From NCBI GenBank assembly GCA_012295275.1, contig CM022665.1:46128001-46192000 (forward strand): a stretch of 64,000 nucleotides of DNA. The letters are read 5' to 3'. Positions 56,801-64,000 of the stretch are shown here, piece by piece. The notes under the pieces were generated by a model, which made no database searches, was not told where the DNA came from, and was given only the letters and a program-made list of their open reading frames with translations. Origin of the DNA: Chrysomallon squamiferum (taxonomy: Eukaryota > Animalia > Mollusca). Each line of letters opens with the position of its first letter. The stretch's first letter is position 1. The translations under genes were made by a program, and so were the position numbers.

Positions 56801-58018
56801 GATTAAAAACTGTTGCCGATTTGATTTTTTGTTAAGTAATTTGATGCATTTGTCAGCAGTGAGATGTTGGAAGTTTTTTTTTTTTTTCGATGCCAGTGTA
56901 TCTTGATGGCTTTGATAATTAATTTGATACTTGTCAAACTCTGTATAGATTGTGAACAGTCATATTATTTACCTCTTCCTAGATAGCTTATAATTAAATG
57001 TATATCTAATGGTCACAATTTAAAAAAAAAAAATAAAAAAATAGAAAAATTATCTTTGAAATAACATTTTCAGGATTAACAAGCAGAGCTTGTGAAACTT
57101 TCTCTTTTAAGTTAGCAGTGTGTGGAAATTCTTAGGTAGATAATTATTTGCCCAAACCACAAGATATGTTAACCAACTCGCAGATCTTAAAAAAGCACAT
57201 TTTATACGAGTTATTTTGTATCACCACTAAAAAAAACCTATTTCAGTGTTGGGCCAATTGTTTGTTATAAAGTGATACTGTTTCCATGATACAATGAAAG
57301 ATAAAAAATTTGGTTGTGTTTAGAAATGCACTGTCAGTGATTTTGTGCAATTTTAAACAAAAACATTGGTGATAGCCAGAGTTATTGTTCCTGGCTGAGC
57401 ACCTGTTAAAAAAAAAAAAAAATTAAAAATTAAAAACTTAAAAAAAATAAAATAAATAATAAATAATTAAAATGATTACAAACTTGATTTAAAATACTGT
57501 ACATATTACGAAGGTGATTCGTGTTCTTGGCAATACAATTTAATAAAATTAATATATTTGTATTTCACTACACATCTGGAATTGTAAAAATATAAACCGT
57601 AATAACATTGTTTTAGTAGGAAATTGTACAGGGTGAATATAATATTTGGTACAGTGTAGATATGGAAGGTTGATAGAAAGACCAGCTGCATTTATGAAGA
57701 CTAGATACTGGAAGTGCTTATAGATATTCTCATTAATGTTGGTTTCTGTCTCTGCAAACATTACAGGGACCAGGGGAATATTTTGTTGCTGTATACTGTG
57801 ATTAGGGCAAATATCAGAAATCTATATAGAAAAACCTGTCCAAACAGAAAATAAAATGAATAAAACTAAATTTATTTTGTTCTGTTGTTAATAGTGGTTT
57901 TATTTATTTTCTCTCACATATTGTGGTGTGTGTGTGTGTGTGTGTGTTTTTATTTTTTTTTTCAGAATAATTAATAAGAACTGACTTAGTATTTAAAAAA
58001 TGAAAAAAGAAACAATCA

Positions 58019-58024
58019 TTTATT
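58019..58024 (-). other. Probable NDUFAF4 polyadenylation signal (AATAAA)
   Basis: tttatt on the + strand, about 47 nt past the stop. A similar copy lies near 57903. Confidence 0.5.
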
Positions 58025-58070
58025 TTCTCACATACACACTTTGTAAATATCCACACAAAAATATTTTCAA

Positions 58071-61000
58071 TTAAGTTTTCTTTACATCAGGCTGCACAGG
58101 AGAATCCAAGAACCCTTTGTAATCATCTGGCCCAATTGCCTTTTTGGTAGCCAGCGAATCCATCAGTTTTGGATATTTCTTCTTCAGTTCTGATGGTATG
58201 TGGATGTGAAATGTGTGGAAATACTTGATAACTTGCTCCACCTGTTTCACATCTAGTTTGTGTTCTGCAGCTATCACAGCAGCGTTGTAAGTCTTTGGTT
58301 GTGCCTGGTGTTCTGCAAGAAAGTTCAGTGCCAGACGAATACTTGTTTTCCCAACAGGAATAATTTTAGGCTCAAAAAACCCGTACTCAGGTTCCTTTTG
58401 TGTTGTGGTTATCGTTGGAAGAGGCCTTTTCAAAGATTTTATCTGTTAGAATAATATAATAAAATATTTTAAGTAAAGGTAATTGATAGGTCTTATCTTT
58501 AAAAATTAGGATATGCTTGGAAAAAAGATTTTTAAAAATTAAGTAAGTGAAAGAATTTTTAAAGGCTATTGAAATCTAGAACAATCCTGCACACAAGACA
58601 AAATAAACTTTTTTTCACTATTTTATGAATGTCACTAAGATGCCTAGGTGTTTTCAGCAACAGTACAGATCAACCTTAGACCCAGTGTCAAATGATATAA
58701 AATACTGCAATAAATCCTTGTTTAGATATACACATTTTACTTAAAAAGTTAAATGAAAAGATAATAAAAAGTTTTATACATTTTTCCTTTTCTTTTCCTA
58801 GTAGATTTACTATATTTCAAATGACTGAATTTGAACAAAACAATTTGTAAGAACAAATCTTTTTTTTCAAATGGCTGTTATAAATTCAATTGAAGCAAAT
58901 CCACTGCAACTATTTTTAGTTTATTCTTGCAGAAAATATAACAGAAAAAAATATCATATTTGAAACAAATAAATAAATGTGGTTTATCATTCATTTTTGT
59001 ATTTGCCATGAAATGCTACCAGCCCCATCCATCAGGTATTAACTGGGCCATGAATACATACTCAGGATTCCTTACACAATATTTGGAAATAAAAAAATGA
59101 CCAATCCAGATATGGTATTTATTTCGCATCCTGCAATCCTAGTAATATTATGTAGCATAGGTTATAAAAGTTCTGCATAACACAATACCTCTACTTAATT
59201 AACAAGATGTCAGTTTACACATTTTAAGCATTAAATGAACTGCTAACTCACCTCAGGTGGTGGACCAAATGATTCAATTCTGATTTTCTTCAAGTTATTT
59301 AACAGTGCTTCGTCTTTCTGTTTCTGTATGTCCAGCAATTCGGGATTTTCTGATATATATCAATTTTAAATAATAATAATAATAAGATGAAGAAAAATAA
59401 AAAGAAGAAGAAATCAAAACGGATTTTTACTGTAGTATTATTATTATATTGTATGATGGCTTCTATCCCATCTTGTCGAAGTGATAAATAAACCACTAAT
59501 CCCATTCATGGTATCCTCAAACAAGACAATGGACTAGGCCACAAAACAAGTTGAATTTGCGTATTTGTGTAGTTAATATTCAAGCACTATATTCAGAGAT
59601 AGTATTATTCAAGCACTATATTCAGGGACACTGTGTCCAGATACACTACGATGAACCGAGTTAGGAAGTTCAAGTTTCACGAGGTGTCCAACTGAGTCGA
59701 GGTACTGGAGATGTGACTTGGCTCCAGACAGCAACTGTCTCTTGAGACGTCCTAGCCATTTGTCACATTCCCTGTACACTCGCTTCCTGGGTGGAGCTGC
59801 ACCTCCAAACTGGATCTGAATCCTTTTGGTCCGCTCTGCCTTCTCAATTCATTGGATGATATCTACAAACTTGTAGATGTTGGGGTGCTGGTGGGTTAGA
59901 ACTCTGTTGAGCCTTGAATGGAACTCTTCAAAATTGACCTGACATGTAGCTCCTGGACGAGGATCTTCAGCTGGATCCTCTGGCGGTCAGGCAACAACGC
60001 AAACACGAGGGGGTACATATGGGAACCAAAGATTCCATGCACAATGTACAACTGGTTCCACAAACCAGGGCAAGAGGAGAACGTCCTGTCCATGTAGATT
60101 GTCTCGGCTGCCTGTAGAACTCTTAGCTGATCATCGGTTGAGAACACCACCATTTTGTCAGTATCTCCATCTGTGAACAAGAGGAAGCATCTTTTGTTTG
60201 TGTCCAGGGTCCTTGTAGGTCCAGTTCTTCTCTGGAGGCTGGGAGGATGGGGATGGTGGTTTTATGATGACGGCACAAGGTGCTCTCCACACTGTGGAAG
60301 GTAGGCAAGGTGGGAATGTCATCATCTTGGTGGGCAATCTCATCGTTGTAGATCTATTGGATAGGTGTGATTTCATCTCTCACACACTTGCAGATGGTGC
60401 TCATGAAACGAATGGCAGTCTGGTTATCAGGTGGTTGATTGTGCCCAAAGGAATTGTGAACATAGTCACCAACAGTGGCAACTTTTCTCTTGCATGGCCT
60501 GTCAATGGACATCCAATAAATACCATCAAGTAAGACCTGTGGTTGACCATGAGGACATATTCCACTTCCCTCAGACCACCATACTGATAACTATCGGTAC
60601 CATCTTGGTCATAGCCTTTTAAACCCAGTTTGAGACAATTCTACTAATACACGAATAAAAGTGTTGACTACTAATTGCGCCCTTTGCTTTCATGAGTGGG
60701 ATTCACCGCATTGGATTAATAAACAAAACAAACCAGAATAGGCTAAACAAAACACTGTAAGGCAAGGGAGGATTAACCAATTTAAAAAAATAAAACAAAA
60801 CAAGACACGGGATGCAACTGAAAATGTTAAACAAGCCAGGGAAGATTTGATCAATAGGCTAAACAAAACCATGTAAAACAAAGGAAGATTAACCAATTTA
60901 AAAAAAAAAAAAAGATTGCACAAGATTTGATTGTATTTAAATGACAGAGAATATTGGATTAATAGGCTAAACAAAACAATTTGTGAAACTAAGGAGGGCT

Positions 61001-61517
61001 AACCAATTTTCAAGAAATAAAAGATGACACAAGACACAAAACAAATAGTACATTTACCGCATTGGATTAACCCATTCAGCAGCGAGGTAGGGTCAGGTTT
61101 TTATTTCTATATTAATTTCGACAAAATGGGATTAGACATGATGGGATTCGACAAGATGGGATGACACCGTATGATGCATCATAATTGCATCATTTATCAT
61201 TACGTAACGTAATACACAAATAAACACGATAAAGGAAATTAAAACTACTTTATGCACAGCAAAATATAAACGTCAAGATTACCAATATATATTTACTGAC
61301 CATTTAAAACCAACAAAAGTGGTGTCCCCATCCCACACCAAATAAAATGGTTGTTAAGTATATTATACTTACCGCTCATAAATTTGTCAAGGACTTTCTC
61401 AGTCGAAGGATGTTTCGGTGCTGGTTTTGGAATTTCCATGTCAATAACCTTATAGGCTCGTTCTTCAACATTTATGTTTTTGATTGGTCTGACTAACTTT
61501 GACCACACTCGCCCCAT
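58071..61517 (-). CDS. NDUFAF4: NADH dehydrogenase (complex I) assembly factor 4 homolog, 3 exons, about 204 aa
   Basis: Exons 61517-61373, 59349-59252 and 58442-58071 join in phase. Protein: MGRVWSKLVRPIKNINVEERAYKVIDMEIPKPAPKHPST...KDEALLNNLKKIRIES...IPVGKTSIRLALNFLAEHQAQPKTYNAAVIAAEHKLDVKQVEQVIKYFHTF. This matches the NDUFAF4 motifs (NxNxExRA, APxHPST, KDExLL, IPxGK, KYF). Confidence 0.92.
59609..60612 (-). pseudogene. Degraded FLYWCH-MULE transposase
   Basis: Frameshifted, stop-interrupted fragments: a FLYWCH-like YW..RPC...GHNQPP; the MULE core VFSTDDQLRVL...YMDRTF..CP...QLYIVHG...YPLVFALLP (DGTF changed to DRTF); and the C-terminal EEFHSRLN...HPNIYKFV...PPRKRVY. The middle of the catalytic domain is missing. 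Confidence 0.85.
60705..61072. repeat. Degenerate ~110-bp tandem repeat inside the MULE element
   Basis: aataggctaaacaaaac...taaccaattt occurs three times and ccgcattggattaa twice. Confidence 0.7.
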
Positions 61518-64000
61518 TCTGTACCAAAAGCAAAACCGAATGAATATTAACCTATCCAAAACACCCTGTCTCTCCTTATAGTTTTATTCGACATGCTAGC
61601 TAAGGGAGATAACTCTATTGTCATATTAACTCATTTTTCGTGCAATTTGTTTTGTGTGTGTGTGTGTGTGTTATAGCAAATGTTTCTTATATCAATAATA
61701 ATAACTGAGATAATTTTTTTATTATTATTATTTTTTTTTTTAAAGATCTTTTCCAGCAAAGTAATATTAAAAAGGAAAAAAGAAAAAAAAAAAAAAAACA
61801 TCTTCCAAAAACCCTCCTTTTTATCGGTATTTTGTTTTCGGTTTAATTTTTAACATTTTGGTGTAATAGTACACAGCCGAAAAAAAAAAAAAAAAAAAAA
61901 AAGTAATAATAATAATATAAATCAGAAAACAAAATTGCTTACATATTTCATTTTCTTTTCGAAAAAGTAATGTTGACTAGTTACAAAGTGGTTGTTCAAA
62001 ATATTAATTAGAACATATGAAACAGTTCACTACAACGAAACAACCAGTGCAAAGTTATAAACATTAAGAAAGCCTGTTAATGACTAATGTGCACCATGTT
62101 CAATTTATGAATACTTTATTAATTAGTATCTCAAATGTTAATATAATGTGTAGTCAGAGTCAACATTATTATTCATTCTGTATCAAACACAGAAGGTAGG
62201 TGTATGAAAAATGTATGAATGTACACATTGGCTATACATACCTATATATGTCTATCTTTTTCATATTTCTATTTTTTATTCAGTTATATTTTATGTTATA
62301 ATTAATAATCTTTTTTTTTAACTTTTATTTAACTGGACACAATGATCAGTACATGTCTGGGTGAGTAAGACTTTAAACAACATGAAAGGGAAGATAACTG
62401 TGTAGTGGTAGAAAACAACTGAACGAAAAGACAACAAAGACTGAAGTTAATATTATATTTTATTGAGGGATATTGCCTTTCATACAATTTACTTCTTCAT
62501 ACCTCTTCAAGTCGTACGTAAGTATTCCTATCAGAGGGCACACATATATACAACAAACACCACTGTCAAACAAAGCCGTCACGATTTCACCTCATCATGA
62601 AGCATTTGTAATTAGTTATACATTTTTGCTCTTTAGCATATCATAATAAAAAATAAATTGAAATGCATGTGAGAGTTGCCACATCTTTAATAAAAAAAAA
62701 AAAAAAAAATTTATATATTATATAATTTTTATTTTTTAACATATAACTTAATTTTAACTTTATAGTACAAAAAAATAATTTCATCCATTTTTTTGTGGCT
62801 CTGTACTCTGAAACATTATTTGTCAAAACATTTACACAATTTATATATATATTTTTATAAAATTATGTATGCATAATTTGGACAATTATCATTATTTTCG
62901 TAATTTATTTATTTGTTCTCCAATTCTGTTGCAATTAATAAAATTTGAATGTTTTTAATTTTATTCACTAATATTTGTGCTCTACATGGATTTTTAATCT
63001 TTATTTTCATAATTTATAATTTTTTATTTTTTTTTTACCTTTTGTATGCAATTTTAAATTTCTCAGTGTGTTTTTTTAAAAAAATCTATTTCACCGATAT
63101 TTTCTGAATGCCACGATGAAGGTGTCTTACCAGCGATGGGTTTGTTTGCCAGTGTTGTCATGGAAACCTTGGAGGTAAAACTTAACATGTATAGCGGCAT
63201 CTTGTCTTCTCAACTCAGGGGAAGAGCCACAATATTACCTACAAAGCAGAATGTACGTGGTGTACAAAGTGTTCAACAATAAGCAGAACGGGAAAACCAG
63301 TGCTCCGACCAAGGCAGTCAGAACGTAATGTACGGTTTTCCAGTGGACGCACACACACAGTATCATTGAGCATTTTTAAAACCTTTTCTTCTTAGCTTAA
63401 ATGTCCCTATATACAGATGAAAATCTCCCAGCTAAAACTCAGTTGTTGTTTGTTTTTTGTTTTTTTTAACAACACCCTGATTCACACGAGCTCTCACAAG
63501 AAGAATGGAAAGGTTTTGTTTTTTTTTTAAACAGGGGGAAGGGGAAAAGATCAACACGGAGGCAATTACAACATAGCTGATACAACAGAGGTCTCCATTT
63601 GATGGAGGAACAATTAACAGTTAGCCAGTCAGAAAGCAACAAAGAACAAATCAGCTAGAACTAGTTTTCAGTTTTCTCTTGGTTGTTGTTTTCAGTTTCT
63701 TTGTCGTGTTTTGGTTTCTTTTGTTCCACCTTTTTTAAATTTTGTTTTTGTATATATTTTTTTGTAATTATTTTTATTATTATTATTTAGCTTTACTGCA
63801 CCAAGGCTTTTGAAATATCGGTTAGAAAATTTCAGAATTTTTAATTTCTCATTGTTTTTTTTTTTTGAAGGAGTCCACAGAATATTTAGTTCTCTGTGTT
63901 TGAGAACCTTTCAGTTGGTTTCATGGTTTGTGAAGTGCAAAAATAGCAGCGTTATTGAATGTTTAGTAATTTTCAGCATAAATTGTAAAAATATATCATC

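Larger units (their letters stand above)
59459..61168 (-). mobile_element. Non-autonomous Mutator-like (MULE) DNA transposon in NDUFAF4 intron 1
   Basis: Perfect 16-bp inverted repeat ATCCCATCTTGTCGAA (59465-59480 and 61147-61162). Direct repeat GTATGATG flanks both ends (59451-59458 and 61169-61176). It contains a transposase remnant. Confidence 0.88.

Noticed and set aside
61518-61559. N-terminal extension of NDUFAF4 in the ORF track (MDRLIF...)
   Set aside because: It begins at a non-ATG codon. Family similarity starts at the MG at 61517.

Overview
AT-rich, intron-rich eukaryotic (invertebrate-like metazoan) DNA. The ORF track is mostly noise, so I rebuilt the genes by hand from GT-AG exon phases. 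Four protein-coding genes are supported. (1) The last four exons of a DPY19L3-type C-mannosyltransferase (+, 53-1804). (2) A complete 8-exon RhoGAP gene whose GAP domain resembles ARHGAP20/TAGAP (-, 16305-25231, about 521 aa). (3) A complete PICALM/AP180 ANTH clathrin adaptor (+, 30565-53822, core about 659 aa). (4) NDUFAF4 (-, 58071-61517), whose first intron holds a decayed 1.7-kb Mutator-like (MULE) transposon with TIRs and an 8-bp TSD. The most unusual structure is in PICALM: an ~0.87-kb frame-symmetric exon encoding five D(F/L)M...GRVTPV repeats followed by a dense TAG cluster, several candidate microexons (24, 6, 8/12 and 18 nt), a 66-nt cassette preceded by TGCATG motifs, and a GC-AG intron. 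The RhoGAP keeps its arginine finger but has lost other normally conserved GAP residues. I saw no rRNA, tRNA, CRISPR or prokaryotic system. Family assignments come from remembered motifs, not database searches.
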